NCBI GenBank assembly: GCA_050084985.1 | Contig: JBITNC010000001.1 | Span: 25,792,001 to 25,856,000 of the forward strand | Source of the DNA: Nageia nagi | Taxonomy: Eukaryota; Plantae; Pinophyta | Reading direction: 5' to 3' | DNA length: 64,000 nt | Position numbers and translations under genes: made by a program | Shown here: positions 47,501-60,077 of the stretch, in pieces | Layout: each line of letters opens with the position of its first letter | Numbering within the stretch: position 1 is the first letter of the stretch | Notes under the pieces: generated by a model | What the model saw: the letters and a program-made list of their open reading frames with translations, nothing else | Databases searched by the model: none | What the model was told of the DNA's origin: nothing

Positions 47501-48512
47501 CAACCGCTATCGAGGTCATTCTTAACCCGAATAGCTACCGCCAAAGGCGGTGAAATGAAACTACAAGCAATGCAAATTAATGTAGAGATCCTGTAGTATT
47601 CCAAATGAATGCAAAGTATGAAACCAAGGCCAAACAACATGAACATGCAGGTGGCGGCAGCGCTCCAAACCCTAGTAGCCAGAGCTCCTCCTACGCATGA
47701 TTTATACTTTGGATTTAAATTTTATGTTTGTAGGATTGTCTTCCATCAAAGTTACTCGGAAGTCGCATTGGCCACATCCATAGTAGCTGAAAATTATCAA
47801 TTAGATTGAGCATATCAACATCATGTGATAGAGAAAGTTTCGAACTTGAGAATATCATTTTTTTTCACTTGAGAGGTATAAATGTTAAAAACCATAATCT
47901 TATTATGGTATTTGTAAATATTTAGAAATTAGACATGTGTCAATGACAAGTGTCATTTGAAGTTAGTTAGAGAAATTTTAGCTTAGTGCTTAGGCAGGTA
48001 AATTAGTTAGGATGAGGTGTACACTTAGTTGCACCATTAGATTTGTTATTAACCACTTGGGTTAGTAAATTATTGAGTTATAATCTGGAGTTTTATGACC
48101 ATTCCTCATTGGTATCAGAGCAAGGAATTTGGAAAACTCCATGCAAATTCGTCACTATAGTTTGCTGTGATTTCAAGTAGTATTTTGTTTTGGAGTCTTG
48201 GTTGCTGAGTTTTATCAATGTGTGGCTCCTCTTCAGCAAACATTGTGATGAATACCTGCATGCATTGTATTAGTTTGAGTTGTTGATTGCTGGACATCGT
48301 TGCTTGACTATTCTGGTTCTATGGTGGTTGTTGTTCTCCTTGGAGACTGATGAAACCCCCTCCAACAGCTCGTGTGCATGTATTAAGGATTATGGGCATC
48401 TCTGTTGAATGCTGGTTGAACGTTGGTTCCTTCATTTGCTCATGTGGTCTTAATCTCTGTTGAAGCTCACATTTTAGCGGGTATTTCATGAGGTGCTTGA
48501 GGTGCAGCAGTT

Positions 48513-48622
48513 CTTGCAGTTTCGTGGGCATCTCTCTTCTTTCGTGAGCTGTTTGCAGCATTTCGTGGGCATCTCTCTTCGTTTCATGAGCTATTTGCAG
48601 CATTTCGTGGGCATCTCTCTTC
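48513..48622. repeat. ~42-bp tandem repeat x~2.6 in the Copia leader
   Basis: TTCGTGGGCATCTCTCTTC at 48521, 48562 and 48604. Confidence 0.85.
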
Positions 48623-50170
48623 ATTTTGATCTAGACGTATGCTTTGTGCGACGAAATTCCAGCGTGGCTCTTCTTTTTTCGGATCTTCTGTGGCTAACGT
48701 GCAACGTCGCGGATCTAAGCTGCGTGAGCAAATTCCAGCCGTATAGAAAGCTGAATCCGCCCCCTTGCTTCGATCAGACACCTCTTGCATACGTTGAGAG
48801 TGGTGGTCCTCCAGTTCGTAGCTCTCTAGAACTTCAGACGTGGAACCTCAAATGTGATTATTTTTTGCTGCACTCCAGACGTAACTTCGTAGCTCTCCAT
48901 ACTGGCCTATTCTGCTGAACGTTGGATGGGTTTTTTTGCTGCACTCTCACCGTCTGAAACCCTTGACATGGAGCCATGGCGCTGTGCTTAGACGTGAATG
49001 TAGCTACTCTTCTCGAACGTCTCTGTTGGGTGTGCATGCATTGACGCTGCACCAGCCAAACGTGGACTCCTGAAATGGGCTTTCTAGCTCTCAACGTAGC
49101 TCTGACATAGCTGCAATTCGTAGCTCCCTTCATTGTTCGTATCTCTGCTGCTGTTTGTTGCTAGAGTGGGCCTTCTAAAACTATAAACTCCTTTTGGTGA
49201 TTTTACAATGTGAGCTCCTCCCATTACCTGACAATATTTCTGAACGTGGGGTTTCCATAGTGGCCCGCCTATTTTCTCGCCCCCTCATTCAGGTGCCTTT
49301 AATATTTTTTAAACATGGTCACTTTAATATTCGTAGTGGAGATATTTTAGGAGTTGTTTAATTATTTTGTTTGGAATTTTATTTTGGAGTGATAAGGTGT
49401 ATAAAATATTTTGCTACTCCAAAATATTTAATTGCAAATTTTATATTTGGGTATATTTAAATATTTAAAGTTATTAAATATTTTAATTTTATATTAAAAT
49501 ATTTTTTAATTTTCAAATATTTTGGCAATGATACGATCTACCGGATGTCATGCCATTCTTATGAATATACTTGAAAATGAAAATCCTGAAAACTTTGATG
49601 AAGAAGTAAGAGTGTACGGTATTGATACTTTCTTCAAGATCTCAAAAATATAGTCATTCAATACCAACAAATTATTCCTTCTGACGTACACTACGACGGT
49701 GATTTTGAAGACAATGAGTACTTTGATAGTGCTCCATTTCCTAGTAAAGAATACGAGCCTGAGGAGATTGCAGAAAATTCAATTGAGGAATACACACCAG
49801 CACCACAGCCACCTGAGATCATCATCATCAACGATAGTGACGAGTATACTCCAGCAGTTGCACCAGTTGATCAAAGTTTTAATCTCAATATTCCAGCCTC
49901 CGAGTCAGATTCAGGATTCTGATATCTTCAGCTGCACCAGTTGAAGAAAGAGAGAGAGATAACTTTGATCCTGATTATATCCATCCACCAATGGTGTTGA
50001 GCAACATATTCATGAATGCATCGATGCATGTGGATCGATTTAGACTTGTAAATTTCTATATTTGACATCATCTTGCTCTATTTTGCCTTGTTTGAGCAAA
50101 GATTGTTTATATTTCAAATATAGTAAATTATCTACTTCTTTTGTGACTTTGCAACTTTTCATCTTACAAA

Positions 50171-53100
50171 ATGCATTCCTTAGTAAGCATTATTGGGGTT
50201 GTTTTGATGGTCAAAATAATTGGTCAGAATGGTATAGGAAGATAAAAAAACACGCTCATCTTCAATGATTTTTGGGAAGGTATATGTGATGGAAAAACCA
50301 AACCCATCAAACCAACTGATGACAAAGAGCTCATGGTTTGGAACATGAAGAATTGCAAAGCGTATGCTCTAATAGCTGCTTCTATATCTGAAGAAGTCAA
50401 TTGACATATCAATTCAATTGATGATGCTTGGAGTGCACTGGAAAAGTTAAAAGAGTTGTATGACTCTCATTCAGCATTGGAACGCATCCAACTTTAGTTA
50501 AAGCTCTTCAATTTGCAGTTGCAAAACAATGATCCCATAGCACTTATTTCAAAAATCAGTGCAATAATGTATGATATGAGGCTACAAGTGTTAAAATTGA
50601 TATTTCTCTTGCAGCCTTGATCAAAGCTCTCTATCCCACATACTCAACTTATCTTGAATCACTTCAAGCGAGTGGACAATTAGCCACCCTCACCTTCAAA
50701 ACTTTGTCAGAAAAGATTGCAGAACGTGAAAAAGCTTTTGGAAAGAATACCAATGATGTTTCAGATATTGTTTACAATGCTCAGTCAGAGAAGAATGATG
50801 CTTCTTATGCAGATAGTAGCAATAGAGGTCGTGGTCGAAAAAATTTCAGAGGCAGAGGAGGTAGAAATCAAGGAGGTCATGGAGATAAAAGGGAGAAGTC
50901 AAATTTATATTGCACTTGATGCGATAGAAAAGGCCATGAAGTTGCTACATGTCGCATTCCATGGGAGAAAATTGTTGAAAAAGAAAGAGCAACAAGGTGA
51001 TCAGAGTAAGAACTCTGCATCCGCTCATTTTGTTATAGCTGAATGTAACATTGGTCTTAGTGACCTAATAAATACTTCATATGCATCATGGGAAGATGCA
51101 TGGTTGCTTGATACGGGAGCAACATGTCATATGAATTTCAGGAGGGATTTCTTTGAAGAATTGAATGAAGATATTGATGGTGCAGTCTACTTTGCAGATC
51201 GATCAAAACTTAAGCCATCTGAAATTGGCTCAATCAGGCTTAAACTACCAGGATTTCTAGATTTTGTGCTTCAAAATGTACTTTATCTTCCAGAATTGAG
51301 GAGAAATTTGCTTTCCCTTGTTCTTGTTTGACAACAAGGACATACCATCCATATGTTCGATGGCAAGGTGGAAATACGACAATCTCCTGACAACAAAGTT
51401 GTGATGCTTGGTTTGGAAGATGGAAAGCTATTGAAACTCACTGGTGCTTCTGTTCGATCAAAGGAATTTGCATTCCTTACACATCAAGAAAAAGGTACAC
51501 TTCCCTCAAGTCTTTTGTGGCATGCTAGATTTGGGCACCTTAATTTTGATGACCTACGTCTTTTAAAGAAACGAGGTTTTAGTGGTTTGCCTATAATACC
51601 TAGGAACATTGCCCCTTGTGAAGCCTGTATCCTAAGAAAGCACCATAAGCAACCATTTATAAATTCCCAATGGAGAGCCACTAGAAAACTTGAACTAGTT
51701 TATTCGATTTGTGTGGTCCATTTTCTGTACCTTCTCAGCTGGGAATAGATATATTATGACATTCATTGATGATTATTCTAGGATGTCTTGGGTTTATTTC
51801 TTAAAACATAAGTCTGAAGCTTTTTCCAAATTCAAAGACTTTCATGTAAGTATTGAAAATGAAGCTCATACTCGTATAGGTATCCTTCGTTCAGATAATG
51901 GGGGGGAATATACTTCAAATGACTTCAAATCTTACTTACACCAACATGGGATTAAACATCAGACTATTGTTCCCTATAACCCACAACAAAATGGGGTTGC
52001 TGAAAGATTGAACATAACTCTATTAAACATGGCCCGTGCAATGATATTCTTCAAGAATGTCAAAATTATGTTTTGGGGTGATGTAGTTCAATGTGCTGTT
52101 TATTTGAGAAATAGATCTCCTTCTCATGCTCTCAAAGATAAGACTCCATTTGAAATGTGGTTTGGTCGTATTCCTTCTGTACGTCATCTCAGGATCTTTG
52201 GTTCCACCTGTTATGCGCTCATACCTAAGGAACAACGAAGCAAGCTTGAAGCTAGGAGTCGAAAGTGTATTTTCTTGGGCTATTCAGACACTACCAAGGG
52301 ATACAAGCTTTATGATGAGGTAAACAAGAATTTCTCTTTGCAAGAGACGTTATCTTTCTTGAATTTTCCAAAAGTGACAATACTGTTGAGCGGCAGATTG
52401 ATCATCTTGATAAGTTTACCCATGGAAAGCATTATTTTGAAAAAGATTATGAAATTCCAAATCTTGAGGGGGGAATTCTTATATTGGATCCAAATTTGGA
52501 ATTTTTACCATTTGTTCATGAAGAACAAGCACCAAGAGTACCTCCTCTACTAGGTTCTTCCAGTTCATCGGTGCCAGTATCTGAGCGTCAGTTAGATGAT
52601 GTAATTCAAGGAATTGGTCGATTAAGTCTTGATGGAAGTGAAGCTCATCTCAGCTCAGTGATCAACCAAATCATCTCAGAGAATTCCAAAATGGGCCCAA
52701 AAAACACTTGAAAGTGTTCGTCCTGATGAAATTGGAAAGACAGGAACTCGAAGTTCCTACTAGACAAGACAAGAAAGTGGAGCAGTAGAAGATTCAGTTT
52801 CAGGTGATGTCCTTTCTTTTGATATGGAATTGAATTGTTCTAGCTGATTTTGAACCAACTTCTTTTAAAGAAGCTATTTCTCATGATGCTTGGAAAGAAG
52901 CTATGAAGAAAGAGTATGATGCTCTCATCAAGAATGGGACATGGAAGTTGGTAGATCCACAATATGGAATCAGACCTATTGGATGCAAGTGGGTTTACAA
53001 GAACAAGTATAAATCAGACAACTCACTTGATAAAAACAAAGCGAGGCTTGTTGCAAAAGGTTTTGCACAAAGAGAAGGCATTGACTATGATGAGACTTTT

Positions 53101-54388
53101 GCTCCTACAGCTAAATGGGCTACCATTCGTACTTTATTGACAATGGTAGCTCAACATAAGTGGAAGGTTCATCAAATGGACGTAAAGACAGCTTTCTGAA
53201 TGGTGATCTAAAAGAGAATGTTTACATGACATAGCCTGAGGGATTTGCAGTTAAAGGTCAAGAACATAAGGTATGCAAACTTATCAAGTCATTGTATGGA
53301 TTGAAGCAAGCTCCTCGTGCATGGTATGAAAAGCTTACTGAATATCTTTTAAAGTTAAAATTCAAGCACTACAACCTTATGATGCAACTTTGTTTGTTAA
53401 GAAATTTGGCAACACTATTGTATATCTAGTGGTGTATGTAGATGATCTATTGATTACAGGGAACAATGAGAGATATATAGCATCTGTGAAACAGGAATTG
53501 AAGAAAGGATTTGAAATGACAGATATGGGCCTGCTTTACTACTACTTGGGTGTTGAAGTAAATCAAACACCAAGTTACATATTTATTTCCCAAAAGAAGT
53601 ACATTGGAGAATTGTTGAATAAATTTAATATGGAAGATTGCAATCCTCTCTCTACTCCAATGGAACAAAATTTGAAGTTGAAATCAGTTGAGGGAAATCA
53701 ATTTGAGGATGCTACTAAATTCAGACAGTTGATAGGAAGTCATATTTATCTAACCACAACTAGATCAGATATTTCATTCGTAGTTGCAATACTTTCTCGA
53801 TTTATGCACACACCTTGTGAAGGTCATTGGCTAGCAGCGAAGAGAGTTCTTCGATATTTGAAAGGAACTCAAGATTATGGGCTAAAATATTCCAAGGTTA
53901 GAGACTTCAAACTGGTTGGATATTCTGATTCGGACTTTGTTGGTGATAAGGAAAATGGAGTTTCAACTTCAGGATATCTTATGAGTCTTGGATCAGTCGC
54001 TATTTCCTGAAGATCACGAAAATATACTGTTCCAGCAGATTCCACTACTGAGGCAGAATATGTGGTTGCAGCAGAAGCAACAAAAGAAATTGTGTGGCTC
54101 AGGAAAATACTAGAAGATTTGCAGGAGAAACAAGTGCTTCCAACTCCACTGTTAATCGATAATACTTCTGCAATCAAATTGGCCAAGAATCCAAAGTTTC
54201 ATGATCGAACAAAACATATCAATACAAAGTATCATTTGATTCGACATCATGTAGAGGCCAAGACAATTTGGGTGAAACATTGTTCCACTGAAGAACAAAT
54301 CGCAGACATCTTCACCAAGGCGCTTGGAAGAGAAAAGTTTGAGAAATTTAGATCAATGCTCGGACTTACAAATACCCCTTCAGATTAA
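50171..54388 (+). pseudogene. Copia gag-pol pseudogene
   Basis: ORF-track fragments 50617..54388 separated by stops and frameshifts. Confidence 0.92.
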
Positions 54389-55366
54389 GGGGGGGAATGT
54401 TAAAAACCATAATCTTATTATGGTATTTGTAAATATTTAGAAATTAGACATGTGTCAATGACAAGTGTCATTTGAAGTTAGTTAGAGAAATTTTAGCTTA
54501 GTGCTTAGGAAGGTAAATTAGTTAGGATGAGGTGTACACTTAGTTGCACCATTTTAGGAGTTTGTTAGTTAACCACTTTTGTGGTCTATATATTGTAAAT
54601 TATTCTTGAGTTAATATAATCTTGGAGTTTTATGATCCATTCCTGCAATAAACACCCACTTGTCTCTCTAACTCCCCTCATATGATTTGATATATGTAAG
54701 AATTTTTACTTTATCAATGTTTTGTAGTTTTTTTTCCAATAAGGTTAAAATAAAGTGGGTTTTCAAAACACAAGGCCCAAAAACCTGTATTTACAAAAGA
54801 TAGATTTTCAACATCTATAGCATTTGAAATATGGGCTATACATTTGTGGGTCTTTGTAGTTTGATTGCTAAAGCTACGAGAACTATTCTGGCTATGAGTA
54901 TCATTCTCTTTAGTAGTCTTACAAATGAAAAAAATATCGTAGACAACCACTAAATATCACATGAAGCTCATGTGCTAATGCCAAACATTTATGCTAAGTC
55001 TGAAAATACATTTTTGCATTTCAAACTTCGTAAATAATATCTATGTGTTGTATCTCCATCATCTTCATATAAAGCTTCATATTTTCCTTAGCATTTTGTA
55101 GTTTTTAAATTATATATATGGAAAAAAAAAATTACATTTATCAATTTTTTTTTTATTTTTACTATATTTTTTAGCAATTCGAGAGTATGTCATTGTCAAA
55201 GACCTTCAAGGTCTAGCTCCATCTTGATTTTGAGTACCTCCTTCATCGGGCTTTAGTTATGGTAGGAAACCTTACCTCCATGGATGGTGTCTTCATTATT
55301 CTTAGATATCTTTGTAAGGTCACTTTCATAGCTCTAAGAATCTTCCAAATTTGTTTTTCTTTTAAA

Positions 55367-58300
55367 GGATCCAAAATTGGAGCATCTCATTTCAACAAAA
55401 TAAATATTCCACATCAAAGATCTCTTCATGACAATTTCATCGATTCAAACAACACGTAAATCTGATCCCTTATGTGTGAGAAATATGTTTTCAAAGTTTG
55501 AGTTTGTTTTATTAAAAAAAAAGGTTTAAAAAAGTAATTTTTCAAGTTCCTCTTTTTGTTAATTTTATTACATCATGTTGTAGAGCTTATCGTTCTGTTT
55601 TCGACACATTTACGATTCGTGAAATCGACTTCACGATCAAAAGTTATTACATTTTGAAGTTTGCAATTTTTTAATAAAATGGGGGCATTTTTGGAGGTTA
55701 GATTGCAAGGGGGCGTTTTGGAGGCCAAAAAACATTATTAGTCTATTTTTTTGAAGATTTACAAGATACCAAGTGGCATCATATCATTGGATGCACTTAG
55801 GAATTTAATTTTTATAAGATTTAAAGGTTTTTAAAGGTGTTTAGATTATTTGTATTAGTGTTTTGGCCTATTTTAGGGCTAGAAATATTTGCAAGCCTAT
55901 GTTTCCAAAGAGTGTGTTTGTTTGAATTCGAAAGTCAATTCTAGAAGATTAACTCAACCAATTGAACCCAAATTTAAGTTACAGGCAGATAGGAATATTG
56001 GGTATTAGAAAATAGTGTTTGTTAGTGGTTATGGCTATTCTAGAGGAGACCAGGTGGAGATGAGATTGGTTGGTTGCCACAACCAAAATTGTCTCTACAA
56101 GGTGTAATGCTAGTAAAATGATTGTAACTACATTTTTATATTATGAGCTAGCTTTCTTAAATTTATAAAAGGAAGATTAGTTATTATTATTTTTTCAGAT
56201 AAACTTTTGTTAGTCTATAGGAGGAAAAAGAGTGAAAAGACAATGGGAGAAATACACTAAGTGTTGTAACAATGAGATAGAGGAGAAATTTATGCAACTC
56301 CATATAATAAAAGAGAGCTTTGTGGTAAAAAAAAAAAATTATGGTGCATTTATTTTCCTAGTTCATGTATTTGCTACTACACTTGGAAATTTATTTCTTT
56401 TTCTACATGAGATAACAAGGCAAAATTTAAACAATTTGTTTGTAAAAAAATATTATTACGGATCATGTTGGTATCAGAGCATTTTTTATTATGGGAATTT
56501 ATTAATCTATCTTCGTAAGGCTTTGTATGGTTGCAATTATTTTGCATGATTATTAGATTACAAAGCAAAAGAGGTGAAGGAGAGATTGTTGAAGAGGATC
56601 TTAATATTGGATAGAGAATTTGGTTGCAGCAACAAAGAGAAGATAAAATGGCAGAAGAGAATCCATCTACTACGTAAGAAGATTTTTCAAAAAGGCTCAA
56701 GATGATCAAGGAGACATTGAATAACCTAGTTAATACTATTATGAATTTGCAAAAGAATGAAGATGGAGGTGAATAAAAAGAGAATTTGTACATTAGGAAG
56801 ATTTATCGAATCAAGAAAAGATTTCCCTTGAATCTAGAGGTGATGTTCGAGCTCAAATTCTTTGGAGAAGAGATGGATCCCAAAAAGCTTAATCAATGGT
56901 TTAAACAAATGGAGGCCTATTTTCAAATCCAAAAGATTGAAAGTGATGAGGATAAAATCAAAATAACTAAATTGAAATTAGAGAGACATGCTCTAGTTTG
57001 GTAGGAAACCTATTTAGATTCTATCACAAGTTTTGTGGAAACACCAATGAAAAGATGGAGTGCACTTAAAGAATTGCTTCGAGATTAGTTATACCCCCTT
57101 GGCCATCGATAAAAGCAAACCATGGAGTGGTATCATTTCAGGCAAGCAAAAGGGCAAAGTGTCCAAGAGTACACCATTGAATTCAAGAAAAAAGCTACCT
57201 TGCGTAGTGAGTATTTGAAAACTGATACAAATTTGTTGAAGTACATTGAAGGTATCAATAGTTATCTTCACCACATCATATTACTTTTCAAGCCTATGGA
57301 TGTGGATGAAGTATGTGTCCAAGCGTAATATCTGGAGGAACATGGAAGGTACGATAGAGAGGAATATCATTCCAAGTCAAAAGGAAAAGATAAATTTGTT
57401 GCATCTTCTACAAAAGAGGATAATAAAAAAAAAGAGGATATTGTTCTCATTGCGACAAAGATGGTCATACGAAAGATGGGTGTTGGAAGCTTCATCCTAA
57501 TTAAGCACCTAGGTGGTTTTATCAAGAGGGAGAAAAAGAAAACATGAATGTGATGATTTCAAAAGAACTTGAACAATTCCATGAGATTGAATATTCATCC
57601 ATTATTGATGAGAAGTTGGCTTGTGTAGAACTTAAGCTACCAAGTGTTGTGAATACAGAGGAATTGAAGTAAGAGCAGTTAGTCCTGTAGAATGACAAAA
57701 TGGTAATGCCATATTCATATCCATTTGGAAATCATTTTTCATAAGGACAAAATTGGTTTTATGCCATGGTGCCCATGGATATTCAATATAGTGAATTCAT
57801 GGAGGCCAATTTGGCAAGGAGCCATGATGGAGAATGGAGTTCCTCAATTTTACCATATTCTCTAAGCTTTTGGGGACCAAAAGCCCTCTTAATGGGGAGG
57901 AGTGATCCAAAATTAGAATATATTGTTTCAAAAAAATAAACATTCCACATCAAATATCTCTTCATGACAATTCCTTCGGTTTGAATAGCATGTAAATCTA
58001 ATCCCGTATGTGTGAGAAATGTGTTTTCAAAGTTTGGGTATTTTTTTATTAAAAAAATAATAATTTTTTGAGTTCTATTTTTTTTAATTTTATTACATCA
58101 TGTTGTAGAGCTTATCATCCTCTTTCTAACACCTTTTACGGTTCATGAAATTGACTTCATGATCAAAAGTTATTACATTTTGAAGTTCACAATTTTTTAA
58201 CAAAATGGAGAGCGTTTTGGAGGCCAAAAATCGTGATTAGTCTTTTTTTAAGATTTACAAGCTGCCAAGTGGTTCCATAGCATTGGATCCACCTAGAAAT

Positions 58301-58961
58301 TTGATTTTTGCAAGCTTTAAAAGTTTTTAAAGGTGTTTGGATTATTTTTATTGGTGCTTTGGCCTATTTTGGGGTTGAGAATATTTGTAAGCTTGTGTTT
58401 CCAAAGAGCGTGTTTGTTTGAGTTTAGAAGCCAATTCTAAAAGATTGGCTCAATCAATTGAACCCAAATTTAGATTACATGCATATGGAAATATTGGATA
58501 TTGGAAAATAGTGTTTGTTAGTGGTTATAGCTATTACGGAGGAGACCAAATGGAGATGAGATTGGTTGGTGGCCACAACCAAAATTGTCTCTATAGGGTG
58601 TAATGCCAGTAAATTGGTTGTAACTACATTGTTTTGTTGTGAGCTAGCTTTTTTAAATTTATAAAAGGAAGACTAGTTATTATTATTTTTAGACAAACTT
58701 TTGCTAGTCTACAGGAGGAAAATGAGTGACAAGATAGCAGGAGAAATACACTAAGTGTTGTAACAGTGAGACAGAGAGGAGAAATTTGTACAACTCCACA
58801 GAATAAAAGAGAGCTTTGGGGTAAAAAAAATCTTTTGTGGTGCATTTATTTTCTTGGTTCATGTATTTGCTACTACACTTGGAAATTTATTTCTTTTTCT
58901 ACGTGAGACAACAAGGCAAATTTTAAACAATCCATTTGTGATAAAATATTATTACGGATGA
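55367..58961 (+). mobile_element. Non-autonomous LTR element G with gag only (TR-GAG-like, Gypsy-derived)
   Basis: LTRs 55367-56465 and 57903-58961, PBS TGGTATCAGAGC 56469-56480, PPT ATGGGGAGGAG ending 57902, near-TSD TTAAA/TTACA. The 1.4-kb internal region has gag motifs (LNQWFKQMEAYF, KLERHALVW, QAKGQSVQEY, CSHCDKDGH...CWKLHP) and no recognisable RT. Confidence 0.85.
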
Positions 58962-60077
58962 TTACAAGCCATCCTTTCGAACTTCGTCCAAACATACTTT
59001 GCTACTTGTCGATCTCATTATGGCTTGGACATGCTTAAAAATTAAGAATAAGTCTTGGTAGTTGGGTGCTTAACTTTACCTTTTTTTGTAGTCAAATTAC
59101 CTGTTGTTGGTACAAGGTTGAGATTGGAGCTTCACAAAAGGGATCAAATGTTGTATTCGATGGAGCTATGCAAAGGGGAGGAGGGATAAGTATAGGAGTT
59201 TAAAGGAGTTGATTTGTTGTTGTTAGTAATGCTTCTCATTTGGCTTTTTTTATGTTTATTAAAAAAAAAATCTTGAGACACTAATAAAGGTAAAGTCAAC
59301 ATTTGACATTCTTTAAATTATTAGTTTGTAAGACCTATAAAGAGTTTTAAAATATCACCAATGTAGGAGGTGGGAATAGAACATAAGACATTCAATGTGG
59401 GTGTCATCATAACTCAGTTGTCTCCCAAATCCTTTGGCAATAGGTGATAAGTTATTGTTTGATGGTTTTAATAAACATCATCATATCATGTTTGATTTGG
59501 ATCTAGAATTTTGTTTTAATGATTTATTTTCATCAGGTAGGTGTGAGTGATTGTGGTCGATTATATTTGGAGTATTCTTATTTTTCTTGGAATATTTGTG
59601 CATTGTTCAATGTTTTTCTTTATATAAAAAATAATCATTCAAATATTTGACAGATATATATTTATTTTCAAACAAATTTGATAGATTTACAAACCAATAG
59701 GTTTAAAAGGACATTAAAAGACATCTATTTATCTATATAAATGATATTATGGAAAAAAATATAAATAAAATTATTATTTAAATAAATTGAATTCTTCAAA
59801 TAATTTTAATAATAAAAATATTTATTTATTGGATATCTTTTATTTGTTTTGAATTTTAAGAAAGAAGATCAATTATAAGTAGATAGAAAGAGTTTTCAAT
59901 TCATCAAATGGATTGAACTAAATATAAATCACAACCATTAATCGCTAACTCAAGAGTAAATAATTTTAATTAATTTTTAATACATATAATGTGTAATATG
60001 TTTTTATCAACACAAACATGAAGTACATCCTTCAATTTATGTATATTAAAGCTTAATAAAAAAGAATAGAACCTTAT

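Larger units (their letters stand above)
42128..47695 (-). mobile_element. Near-full-length L1-clade LINE (ORF1 + ORF2), degenerate
   Basis: Poly(A) tail seen as a T-run at 42128-42139. ORF2: MIFFSWNVRG start at 46334, VLCGDFN, SDHAP, KTPGLDG, WRPITLLN, KIDFEKAYDRIEW, FADDS, KFLGIP, C-terminal CAFC..E...HVFWSC. ORF1: GFFLF, GPW, VPVWI, zinc-knuckle remnant. 5' end approximate. Confidence 0.93.
47883..54647 (+). mobile_element. Full-length Ty1/Copia retrotransposon, degenerate
   Basis: LTRs 47883-48108 and 54398-54647, perfect TSD ATAAA, PBS TGGTATCAGAGC 48110-48121, PPT 54387-54397. Domain order gag, PR (WLLDTGATCHM), INT (LWHARFGH..CEAC; LRSDNGGEY), RT (YVDDLLITG), RH (ADIFTKAL). Confidence 0.95.

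Noticed and set aside
47696-47712. Possible TSD for the minus-strand L1 (GATTTATACTT vs AGTTTATCTT)
   Set aside because: Too degenerate and AT-rich to support; the 5' end is left approximate.
48110-48121. tRNA-Met-complementary sequences (also 10169, 25775, 56469)
   Set aside because: These are retrotransposon primer-binding sites, not tRNA genes.
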